A stretch of DNA of 64,000 nt, taken from assembly GCA_951406725.2 (NCBI GenBank), contig OX597814.1, positions 62,062,001 through 62,126,000 of the forward strand. The letters run 5' to 3'. The notes beneath the pieces were generated by a model. It saw only the letters and a program-made list of their open reading frames with translations. It did no database searches and was not told the origin of the DNA. Made by a program: the position numbers and the translations under genes. Of the stretch, positions 37,501 to 50,278 are shown in pieces. This DNA comes from Octopus vulgaris (Eukaryota). How positions within the stretch are numbered: position 1 is the stretch's first letter; each line of letters starts with the position of its first letter.

Positions 37501-37871
37501 TTCTGATTCCTGTCTTTTATAAATTCATAGCATTGGAAGCAAGTATAAATAAAAGAATAACAATAATATAAGCACTAACTAAGGATAAAAAAGTCAATTG
37601 TTTATTAAATAAATTGCTGCATATACACCTTTATTATTTTGAGGCATTCTTTGTTATCACAATTTTACAAGGTTTTTTTTTCACTTTAAATCAAGAGAGT
37701 AATAAAAGAATATGAAAGTAAACATTTTGCAAAAAGGAAAACTTTTAAATGTAAATATTTAAAATTTTCATATTATATTAACCTTGTAGTTAACTGTTAA
37801 CTCCTATTATTTGCACATTTAGGATCCACATGTTGGATACATTAGTGTGATTGATTATAGAATATATATGT

Positions 37872-37918
<47 letters not shown>

Positions 37919-38487
37919 AAGTGACTTCCTTTTACTTTCTCAATGTGGACAACAAACCAAAGAATATTCCTAGAATAGGTGTTAACTACTGAGGACAGGT
38001 GAATTTCGCATCATAAAGTTAAGTGTCCTAATCATAAACAATAAAAACAAAAAGAAAACTTGCATCAAAATTGAATTCCTAATCTGTGTGACCTGATAGT
38101 TCCTCCACAGACAATTCACCTCTACATACTTAACATGAATTAGTCAATGATATCTATTTGTTGCAAATAAACACTGATATAGTAATTAAATGTTGGTTAA
38201 TAATCAGAATCTAGCACATCATCTGTTGCCTCCAGTTATTATTAAGAATGAAAATTGATCAATGTAGCCTGAGTCAAAAGAAGGTGCCACATGTTTAAAA
38301 GTAGTATGTAATTTAACTATCACAGTATTTTTACATAAATAGATATTTAAATTATCATTAATCATAAAAGAAAATGTCAATGTTTTGTTTTGTTACAAGA
38401 GCAGTTTCATAATACTGTTGTTCTCTAATATACTAAAACTTCTGAGGTTTATTGAGCTGTATTTAATTGTTAGATTTCTTAAACTAC

Positions 38488-38615
38488 TTATTTAGTTTTC
38501 TTCCTTCTTCTTGGCATGTCTTTTTTCATCTTAGCATCAATTATACTTTGAGATATTTTCTTTATGGCACTTCTGCTCAAGACTTCTGGTTCATCCTCTC
38601 GGCTACTTTCGCTCT
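38488..38615 (-). CDS. ODAD3: ODAD3 exon 12 (stop)
   Basis: aag|(E)SESSREDEPEVLSRSAIKKISQSIIDAK..RRRKKTK*; minus-strand AATAAA at 38448-38453. Confidence 0.9.
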
Positions 38616-41600
38616 CTTTGGTAATTAATAGGAAAAGAAAAATAATAAAATAATATATAGAAGTTAGCATTTTATCCATCTCTTTTGCATAAGACTGTTT
38701 ACAATAATAAAAACAGCAATGTTCAGTTAAGAAATACAAATTGTTAAAGGGATCAAACTCACCAGCATAGATGTTTTCAAGTTGTGTGGAAAGCTTAACA
38801 CGTGTATTATATGCAGGAAGTCTGCTTTCAATATTGATATGGAACTGAAATTCAGACATAAATATTGCATATTAAAATTACTGCTATTTATTTAGATATA
38901 AGTGAAATATCTGGGGAATCGCTCACTTCAAAAAATTTTTATTTGTATATAATTCTGCATGGTTTATTATTTTTTATATAATTATAATACAAATCAAATG
39001 CAAGAATATTTTGTCATTATCTTTGTTGCCTTTTATACTCTAACTTTTGCTCATCTAACATTAATTTCAACTCTAACCTTCTTCTAAGCAGCAATTCTAT
39101 TACATTTGAAGTTGAGAATAATGATGATGGTGGAACAGAAGAAAGAATGCACAGCTATTTTTCTGTTAATCTTACAGGGGTGCTAGAATACCTTCCAGTT
39201 GTGGTCTCTCTGATTTACTCACTATTTTGAGTTTGAAAAGAAAAGGCTTTTCAGCTTTTTGTGATGATAGCTTTTAGCAGTTCATTATATATTTTGTAGG
39301 ACTATAATATTCTAAAGATCTTGTCAACTATGACTACTGCTAATTGGTACTGGGTAAAAATATCATCATCGTACAATCTTAGATGAGGTGTTTTTCAAGT
39401 TGTATATCTCTTGATAACTATAGACTCAATTGTAAGGATAGATGTTGATTACTGTAAATCTGAATTACAGCTTCTGTACAAGTAACAACAAACTATTACA
39501 ACTTGTTGCCTTATATACAATTTTTAAATAAATAATAAATATGCACAAATTTAAGGCAAGGTTTTTTTTTCCAATTTTCTATCAAAAAAGAAAAGTGTTA
39601 CTTTATTGCTTTAAAAAGATTTTCATTATAAAAATAGAGGCTGACATATATTTTGGTGTGTATGTATATATATATAAGAAAGCTTGTAACAAAGCAAAGA
39701 GTCTTACAAAACCCTGTATATTTCAGGCTCAAAGGCCTATATTCAGAAGGAAGCAGTCTAAGAAATGTGTAGTAAAGGAAACTTCCAACTGCACATTCAT
39801 TTCTTGGATTGCTTCCTTCTGAAGATAGGCCTTTGCATGTGAAATATACAGGATTTTGTAGAACTTTCTGCATTGTTAGCATTTTTATTCCCCTTTTCTT
39901 TTTATACTACTGTACTACAATGCTTCAAGCAAACTACAACACTCATATATATATATATTTGGCATTGACAACTTTTCTAATATTATAAACAAATGCATCT
40001 AACCCATCTACATGTCATATCTGGCTCGTTGTTCCTTTCTATCCATCACAGTTGTTAAAAACTGAAAGAACACCGAAATATTTTTTTTAAAATCTCACTA
40101 ACATAAAGATTAAAACCTGTGGAATAGTCTACATCAGTCCAAACCCATGTCATTATGGAAAAACAAACCAATAGGAGTTGTAATGGTTTATTAATTAAAT
40201 TCTAGCATACAAATTGTGTCTGTACCAAATATTTAGAATGAGATCATCTGAGTAACTGATCACTGAAGATTTTATCATCAATACTTTGACACAAGCAATG
40301 TGGCATTAGGTACTTATGTAGACTATCTGCTTATTTATCATTGCTGAAACCTTTCCCCACTTGTACAGTAATTCTGACATAAGTTGTTATCTTGTATCTG
40401 CTCCAACACTACAGTTTGGGTTAAATTATCTTCTATTTGGAACCTACCCAGTTCTTAAGTGCATGATAGAGTTATGTGATATGTTTTTAGATGCAAATCT
40501 CTGCAAATAAATCTCAACAATATGCACATTTCTCCATCATGACAAGCAGATGATATTGTTGCTCACATATACTTGTCAGTTTGCATACAGATTTATTTCT
40601 TACCTCCTCGTCTTCCATTTGTTTTTGAACTTTCTCCAAGTCCACATCATGAAAGTCATCCATGAGCTTCAGCAGTTTCTCTTCACATAAAGCTAATTGA
40701 TCAAGGACATACTCATTTGAAGAAGGGGAAAGCTTTGTTGATGCTGTGTACCCTTTTGGCTGTAGTAGTGAAAGGGAGAACAAACCAAATTACCAGATGA
40801 TATTTCACCCCTTTAACATTCTTAACATGTTTCAGTCTATTAATAATCTCAGTCATTGTATTAGATATATATACAAATAAAAATACACACACACACACAC
40901 GTCATGAACTAACTATTACTTTCTCAGATGCAGCACGGAATTTTCTCAGTGAACAGGTCGCAGTTTCAAAGCGACGAAAATATTTCAACAAATTAAATTT
41001 AAATGTTGAAGTGAATCTAATGGTTTTTGTGTGTTTTTTAAATGGCTTATAAACACCTTCCACGCTGCAATAAAATAAAATTATTAGACTTAAGAAAATA
41101 AGATTTTTATTGAAATTTGTTAAGGAGCTTTTCTATTACTGTTGAAGAGTTTTTATTATAAGTTGGTGTACTGTGTGATGCCAAGATCTAACATTTCAGA
41201 CACTTGTTACAAATATAAAGAAAGTAATGATTTAAAGTGAAAGAATGATAAGGAAGAGAAGTAGTGTGAGATGAACAAAGAGGAAGCAGAGCAAGAGGAC
41301 CAAAATTTATAAGCAAGATGAAAATCAAATGAAGTGGAACAAAGGTAATAAGTAAACTGGAAATCAAATCTCGTCATAATACATCACATGTGTGTATATA
41401 GATAGATAATGTATGTATAAATGTGTGTCTGTTTTCTTTAGTAATTGGGTGTAAATAACCTAAGTTATTTATATACTCAGAAGGGAAATAATTCCCTAAA
41501 CAAGCATAATTCATGGGAAGTAAAGCCCTTCAAGATGAGAGTGTTGATGTAACAGACTAAAAATCTCTTGAAGGCTGTGCCCCTGCATTGTTACAGTCCA

Positions 41601-43815
41601 ATATTATAGCTTTATCAACAAATGATAATAGAAAAATAGAAAATACTTCTATAAAGTGTTTTTGTACAGCACAAGCAGTGTCAGTCACTGCAGGTTTTGA
41701 GCATTTGTGCTGTTTATAAATCTATTTATCTATCATCTGTGTGTGTGTATGAAGACAATGAACATTAAAAGAGACAACACAGGAAGGGCAAAGGTTGACA
41801 AATATGGTATATATGTACACACACATGCATGCACACCTAAAACACAGGCAGAATAAAATTGAAACCTGAGAAATACAAAAATATAAAATGAAAGACATAC
41901 TGTTTTTAGATGAGAGAGTCTATCAGCAAGATGGTCAATACCAGATTTGACTTGCAATAAGATTTTAGACATTTTCTCCAGTTTATTTTCAATTTCAGCC
42001 CTACTAGTTTCTTCTTCCTGTAATTTCTCTTGGAATTCTTCAAGCATTCTTTGTCCTCTGAAGAGAAATAATGAACAATATTCATTATCATCATCATTTT
42101 TTAACATCCGTTGTCTATGCTGGCATGGGTTGCACAGTTTGACCAAAGCTGAGGAGCTGCACCAGACTCCAGTCTGATATAGCATAGCCTTTCCAAACGC
42201 CAACCACTCTAAAAGTGCAATGGGTGCTTTTACATGCCACCGGTACAGATGCCAGTCGTGTGACACTAGTATCTGCCACAACTACGATTTCACTTGGCTT
42301 GATGGGTCTTCTACTCAAGCATGGTAGGTCATGGAAGGTCTCAGTCATTTGTTATTGCCTCCACTCAAATATTGAAAGAAAGAAATATATATATTAAAAA
42401 AAAGCAAAAAAAAAAACAAGGGTGACAGACAGATGTGTAAATTGGCAATGCTGATTACTCAGAAACACCATCTACACAAAAAAATAATAATCAAGTTTCT
42501 GCTAAAATATTTAATGTGCTAAAAATTATTAATCTTATTAGAACTGCTGATGCACCGAGGAAAAGATAACATTTGCTCAGGTCAAGAAGACACATGTTTT
42601 TGAGTATGTGAGTAGTTCACTTCACGACCACATGGTTTCAGATTCAATCCCAACATATGCACACTCTATTACCTAATATACAAATGCCTATTTTTTTTCT
42701 TTTCTGACTCATAATGTGCACACATATATAAATGTGTGTGTGTGTGAAGAGAGAAAAAACACAAAGATTCAGAGTCAGTGAAAGAAAATGAAATAGAACA
42801 TCAGTTTATTCCTCTTACACTTTCCTTCTTGCTGATTCTTCAACTCATTCTTATAGTTACACCTCTTGTTTTTCCATATAATTCTACTTTTCTTTCTCAA
42901 CTCTTCACTATCCTCCCCACCACCACCACTATCATCATCATCCTCATCGTCACAATAATCATTTGTCATGACTCTTCAATTACACCCACGTCCTCTTCAG
43001 TCTCACAACATCTATTATTGAGGCAATCAAATGCTTATACTCCATATCCAGCATCCACAACCTGGTCATAAGATATTTCTCACACAATACAAATGAGCCA
43101 GGAAAAAATTTGTTTAGACAAATCTGTAGGTGAAAGTATGTTGATATGTGTTAGTGATATTGGAAACTTATATATCAATGTGTGTGTGGGGGTGTGGATG
43201 ATGATGATGATGATGAAAGGCAGCGAGCTGGCAGAAACATTAGCACGCAGGGGAAAATGCTTCGGGGTATTTCGTCTGCCGCTACGTTCTGAGTTCAAAT
43301 TCTGCCGGGGTTGACTTTGCCTTTTATCCTTATGGGGTCGATAAATTAAATACCAAAATTTTGGGAATGATGATGATGATGGTGGTGGTGGTGGTGGTGG
43401 TGGTATGATGATGATGGTAGTGGTGGTGGTTGTAACTAGCATCAGACTAATTCTTCATCATCATCATCATCAGCATCAACAACAACAGTATTTTAATGTC
43501 CACTTTCCGATGCTTGCATGGATCAGACTAAGTTTATTGAGGTAGATTTTCTACAGCAAAATGCCCTTCCTGTCACCAACCTTTACCCGTTTCCAAGAGT
43601 GACAATATTTCTCCATGGCCAGATATGTTCATTACAGAATATTGGAAATGAATGGCACTGCTTGTATGACAGTGACAATCATATTACAACTGTCATGCAA
43701 TGTCAAGACAAGGAAACAAACATAAATACACTCACAGCCCCACACATTGATATACATATATACATACATGCATCCATCCATCCATCCATGCATCCATTCA
43801 TACATACATGCATAC

Positions 43816-43860
<45 letters not shown>

Positions 43861-45615
43861 TATCATATAACTATTGAAAAGGTTGCAAGATGCAACGAAA
43901 ATTTGAGAAAAATAAAAAAGAAATAAGTGGAAATTTTACCAGTGTGTGTGTTAAAATTATAAGGCACTAAAAGAAAATAACTCTCCCTAGACACAACAGA
44001 ATATGTTTCAACAAACGCTCTCATATAAAGAATCTTGCAAACCAAATCCCAAAACGAAATATATTAATTAAGTTATAGAGTTATATATATTAAGTCATAG
44101 AGTGATGAATGGTTTCACATCCAAAAAGGTCATAGCTTCGCAGATGTCTGCAAAATGTGTATATAAATGTGTGTGTGTGTGTGTGGCTCAGTAATAGAGC
44201 ACTGGGCTCACAATCATGAGGTAGTGATTCCAATTCCCAGGCTGGGCTGTGTGTTGTGTTCTTGAACAAGATACTTTATTTCACACTGCTTCAGTTCACT
44301 CAGCTGTAGAAAAGACTCACGATGTCACTGGTGCCAAGCTGTATCAGCCTTTGCCTTTCCCTTGGATAACACTGGTGATGTGGAGAGGGAAGGCTGGTAT
44401 GCATGGGTGACTGCTCGTCTTCTATAAACAACCTTGCCTGGACTTGTGCCTCAGAGGGTAACTTTCTAGGTGCAATCCCATGATCATTCATGACCAAAGG
44501 GGATCTTTATATATATATATATATATATATATTACAGGATTCTTTCAGTTTCCATCTATCAAATCCACTCACAAAGCTTTGATCAGCCTGAAGCTATAGT
44601 AGAAGACACTTGCCCAAGGTGCTGTGCAGTGGGATTGAATCTAGAACCCAGAACTATGTGGTAGAGAAGCAAACTTCTTACCACATAGCCATTCCTGTGC
44701 CACAATTCTAATTGAAGAAATCTATGATTGAACACATTCCAGCCATGACCACCCTGGCTTCTGAGCTTTATGTAGGACTATTGCAGCCCAATGTACTCTT
44801 AGCTTCCCTTAGATGCTATGGGACATATTGAGGGTGATTTAGATGCTATTTCTAGCCTGCAAAGAAACTATAGAGAAGTTGCTTAATTAGCTCACATGTG
44901 TAGCTGTTATCATGGATATTGTTGTTTTTAGCTGTGGTTTGCCCTGATCAATGAATCTGGTTCTACATTACCCAATATGTTCTTTAAGTCAGAGTGAGAT
45001 TTTGATGAAGATTTGGCTGCTATTTCCAGCAAGTCAACTGTATAGAATAGAAGTGGGAAACTTTTTTTTCAACCGGGGTCAGCAGATTTTTCTTTCTACA
45101 ATAGGCACAAAGGCTGAAATTTTAGGGGAAAGGAGCTAGTCAATTACATCAACCCCAGTGCTCAAGTAGTACCTTATTTTTTATCAACCCCCAATAGGAT
45201 GAAAGGCCAAGTTGACTTCAGCAGTATTTGAACTCTGAACATAAAGCTAGAAGAAATGCTGCTAAGCATTTTGTCTGGCTTGCAAATGATGCTGCCAGTT
45301 AACTTCTTTCACCAGGGTTAGTCCATCATAAACACATTAAGAACTGAACTAATAGTAGTAGTAGTAGCAGTGAAGGTAGCAGCAGTAACTATACTAGTTA
45401 TATCTGTTGTCTAGCCCCAGGTCAATCCTAATTAAACAGACCTATGATAAGAACTGTTTGAACTTGACCATTCTGTCCTTTTGTCTTTTTCTCAGACATT
45501 GTGTATCTAAGACTACATTGTGCAAAATGTGTCTTTTCTTTTTTTTTGAAGGTGGTGGGATGAAATTCGAGGGAGATTTGACTGCTACATCTAGCACAAT
45601 GAGCAACCATTACAG

Positions 45616-45662
<47 letters not shown>

Positions 45663-47422
45663 CTGTCTGTCTGTCTAGCTAGCTAGCTAGCTTTTAATGT
45701 ATTCATTTTCACTGCTATCTGTTTGAAAAAATTAACATGTGTTTCTCTTTCAATATTTCCCACTCCTAGCAGCAACAACAATAGAATTATTACCTATTAT
45801 TAGCAGGAAGCACTGTACCGAATTCCATAACTCATTCAACTGGGTCATTAAGATATCATTGAAATGTCCAAGCAGTGCATCTAGAGCAAGTCAACTTAAC
45901 AGGGGTCCATCTTAGACACACTATTTTAGAAAAGAGTATTTAACAGTTATATCACTTGTTAAGGTTATCTCTACAGTTTTTCTGTAGAAATAATAGTCAG
46001 CACTGATTTTATTACAACATTTCATAACAGAGATGCCTGATGTAAACAACAATGATACCAAAGATGAAAAATGGGTAATGGGCATATACACCCAATATCT
46101 ATGTCCCATTTTTGATCTCATTATTGGTTACATTAGGCATACTTGGATATGAGTGCTGCTTCAGAAAATCTGAAGCTGTTGTTTTAATACTGTATAAAAG
46201 GAAACAAACATATAAGAAGAAAATTTATGTATAAACTTGATCAGTTCACATTTTAGCCACTGCCTAGTAGTGTGTTTAATTTGTTCACTGAACACTGCCA
46301 AAAATTCTCTCGTGTTTCTCAAAAATTCTCCCTAAATCACAAAATAAGGGTGGGAAATGTGGCCTATTTTTCAAATCCTGGCAGCAACACTGAAGCTGGA
46401 AACAGGATAATAATGGAATTCTACACTTTATCAAATTCAAGAATATAAACATGTTTTTAAGCACAACACATGCGGAGTCAAAAAGAAACACTACCTTTCA
46501 CCAGCACACCAGGGTAGGCACTGCATGAATGACAGTGCTTTCTCTCCCTAGCATGAAGCTTCCTATCTTGAGCATGTGAGTATGCGCACAACTGCCAAAC
46601 ACCGCATTAGTAGAACTGTGAAGCGCACAGTTCTATACAAGGATTTTTGTATTTTTTCCATAAACTAGGGGATGGCTACTGACATTGAGCTTAAGGATTA
46701 TATAATGTATAAGTATAAAGAAAGAATTAAAGAAAAAAAGGACTCATTATATTGAATGTTATTGACATTGAATGGAAATATGGGATGCTGCAGTTTCGCA
46801 GTGCCTATGTACAAGCCACCACTGCTTGGGTAGGACAATAACAACCTAAAACACAAATTACAATACAACACAAATTACCTTGACAATTTGGTTTCTCCTG
46901 TATATTTCATTTCTTCAAATGTCTTTTGAAGTTTTACCTTTTCCTCTCTCAGAAGAGAAATTTGTTTTTCATTTTCTTGCTTCAGCTCTTCTAAATGAGC
47001 TGTTGTTGCTCCTTGGTTTTCAAATCGACTTACAACTTCCTTGAAAGAGTCCAAAATATAATGATATGTAATTTAAAATGCCAATAGGAAAATCATGCTG
47101 TTATATATATATATATATATATTTCGTTTTTGGACTTGGTTTGCAAGATTCTTTATGTGAGTTCATGTGTTGAAGCATATTCTGTTGTGTCTGGGGAGAG
47201 TCATTTTCTTTTTGTGCCTTATAATTTAAAACAGTCACCGGTAAAATTTCCACTTATTTCTTATTTTTATTTTCCTAAAATCTTCGTTGAGTTTTGCAAC
47301 CTTTTCAAGAGTGAAAACTATTGAAAAGGTTGCAATACGCAATGAAAATTTTAGGAAAATAAAAATAAGAAATAAGTGGAAATTTTACTAGTGTGATACA
47401 TTATAAAGCAGAAAATACACCG

Positions 47423-47476
<54 letters not shown>

Positions 47477-48021
47477 TATACAGGGTGTGATGGGTGAATT
47501 GTCGTCATTTTATAGTTTTAATTTCACACATGCACATTGTTTGTGTTTGATTTTGTCGACTACACACACACACACACACATGTATATACATACATGTAAG
47601 CATGCCTGTGGGTATATAAGTATGAATGTTTGCATATATTTTGTAATGTATGTATGGTTGTGTCTGTGTGTGTGAATCCTTATGGGTATAGAGTGAGAAT
47701 ATTTTACCATCGTATCAGATACACCAGTAGCCTCCTTGATGCGTCTAAAAGCTTCTTCATATGTACTGATCTTTTGTTGTTGCTCTTCTCCAGATAAAAC
47801 TTGTTTTTCTCCTGATGCAGTTTCATCTTGTTGTTGGAAGGATGGACGTTGGGCCTAGATGTTAAGAAAAAAAGATAGAGTTATAACAATAGCTAATCTC
47901 TAAATCTAAGGTAGCAGCAGAATGTGACATAGTGATGGTATATAAGGTAATCATTGCAAATCAGATAATATTTCCTAACCCTCTATAATGATGATGACGA
48001 CAATGACAATGGTGGTGATGT

Positions 48022-48059
<38 letters not shown>

Positions 48060-49645
48060 TTATTTTACACAATGCTCAGGTGCATTACATCACATCAGAA
48101 AAAGTAACCAAAACTGCATGAACAGTACACAGAATATGCATGGGAAGTGAACAGTGAAAAAGTGAATAAATCTTTAAAAAAAAAATGTACACAAGTTAAA
48201 CTCTGAGTATGTCATTCAGACTGAGGAAGAAAAACAAATCATGAAAAATTAATATTTTAAAATTGAATTTCTATACTTTTTTTTAAAATGGTATAATATC
48301 AGATTTGGTTATTGTTCACTTCCATATCTTAACATACTTTTAGCAAATCACTTATTGATGACACTCATACTTAACCTTTTTGCATTTTAACTGGCTGCAT
48401 CCAGCCATAATATTCTACCTGCTTTATGTTCAAACTGGGCAGATTCAGCCTCTCACACTTACCCTACAATGTCATTCTAAAAGTAAACAATCACATCATT
48501 GAAATCTCAAAGCTATGAGATAATGCGTGATTAATTCAAAACCTTGCGTATAAATACATTTGACCGAATAATTTGAATGCTAAAGGGTTAAAGAGCTAAC
48601 TGCCACAGAGATTTTAATTCAGTAGCTAAGTCAGTCACTTAATACAGCTTCAATGATTCACAACTGCATCACCATGATCGTCGTCATCATCATCATCATC
48701 ATCATCACGGAACATCCTTTTCCCATGCAGGCATGGAACAGACAGTTTGACAGGATCTGGTAAACTGTAGGGCTGCACTGAGCTCCAGTGTCAGCTTTAT
48801 CATGGTTTCTATTGATTGGATGTCCTTCCTAATACCAATTACTTTACAGTATGTACTGAGTGCTTTTCTTATGCCGCCAGTCTTTACTAAAGTCACTAAG
48901 AAACTTGCAAATCAAGAAAAAAACATGAAAAGAAAAATTAAAAAGTCCCATTAAAGGAGAAGCACAGGTGTTTTGTTATAGAGAAAATACACAGCTACCC
49001 CATTTTATATAAGGGTGGGTGGGAATACAAGCATAATGATATTAAAAGAAGTTGCCTAGAATGCTATCAGTCAAGTTTAATGTAGTAAAGAATAAAGTAA
49101 TCAGGTCAATGATTAATGTTAATTTAATCTGGTCAGATTAATTTGATATTAGTCATTGAGTCTTTGTCTCCTTATTGCATAAGTATTATTAATTAATAAA
49201 AGTTTTTTTTTTTCTCTCTCAGTACTTTTAGTGATGGCCAAAACTTGACTGTTATTTTCTGTGTAAATGACATCTCTGGGTAATGCCCCTTAATCATAAT
49301 TGTCCTATTTGTTTAGTTGTTTTAAATATAACATATAAAGATAGTTTTCATTGATATCCTGCTACATCCAATGAGTTAGGGGACATTGAATATGAACAAT
49401 GTATATAAAATGTCATACCATTTTTTTTTATGTTAATAATAACAATAATAATAATAATCCTTTCTACTTTAGGCACAAGGATTGAAATGTTGTGGGTGGG
49501 GACTAGTTGATCACATCAACCCCAGTGTTTCACTGGTACTTAATTTATCGATCTCAAAAGTATAAAAGGCAAAGTCGGCCTTGGCAGAATTTGAAAGGGA
49601 ACATAAAAACAGACAAAATGCCACTAAGCATTTTGCCCGGCTACC

Positions 49646-49694
<49 letters not shown>

Positions 49695-50182
49695 TTAAGC
49701 AGTTGTGGTTGATGTAAAAGGTAGCAGTAGTACCAATAATTGTTGGAGCCCTGGGAACAGTGAACAAAAATCTCAAGAAGAACGTGGAACAAATAGGGGC
49801 TGCAATAAGGGTGGAGCACTTGCAGAAGACAGCACTGCTTGGAACTGCTCGAATACTCTGGAAGGTGCTCGAAAAATAAGAGGTGTTACCATAGTTCACT
49901 GGTAATGAACAGCTGACACTGTAGTACATCTCCAGCATTAGAAACTGTGCAAAGGCAATGATAATAATAATCCTTTCTATTATAAGTACAAGGCCTAAAA
50001 TTTGGGGGATGGGGACTAGTCAATTATATCGACCCTAGTGTTTCACTGGCACTCAATTTATCAATCTCAAAAGGATGAAAGCAAAGTCGACATCAGCAGA
50101 ATTTGAACACAGAACATAAAGACAGACAAAATGCCACCAAACATTTTGTCCAGCATGCTAAAGATTCTGCCTGCACACCACC

Positions 50183-50216
<34 letters not shown>

Positions 50217-50231
50217 TAATAATAATAATAT

Positions 50232-50278
<47 letters not shown>

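Noticed and set aside
41733-42281. 182-aa ORF as a stand-alone gene
   Set aside because: It is ODAD3 exon 9 plus flanking intron and repeat read-through
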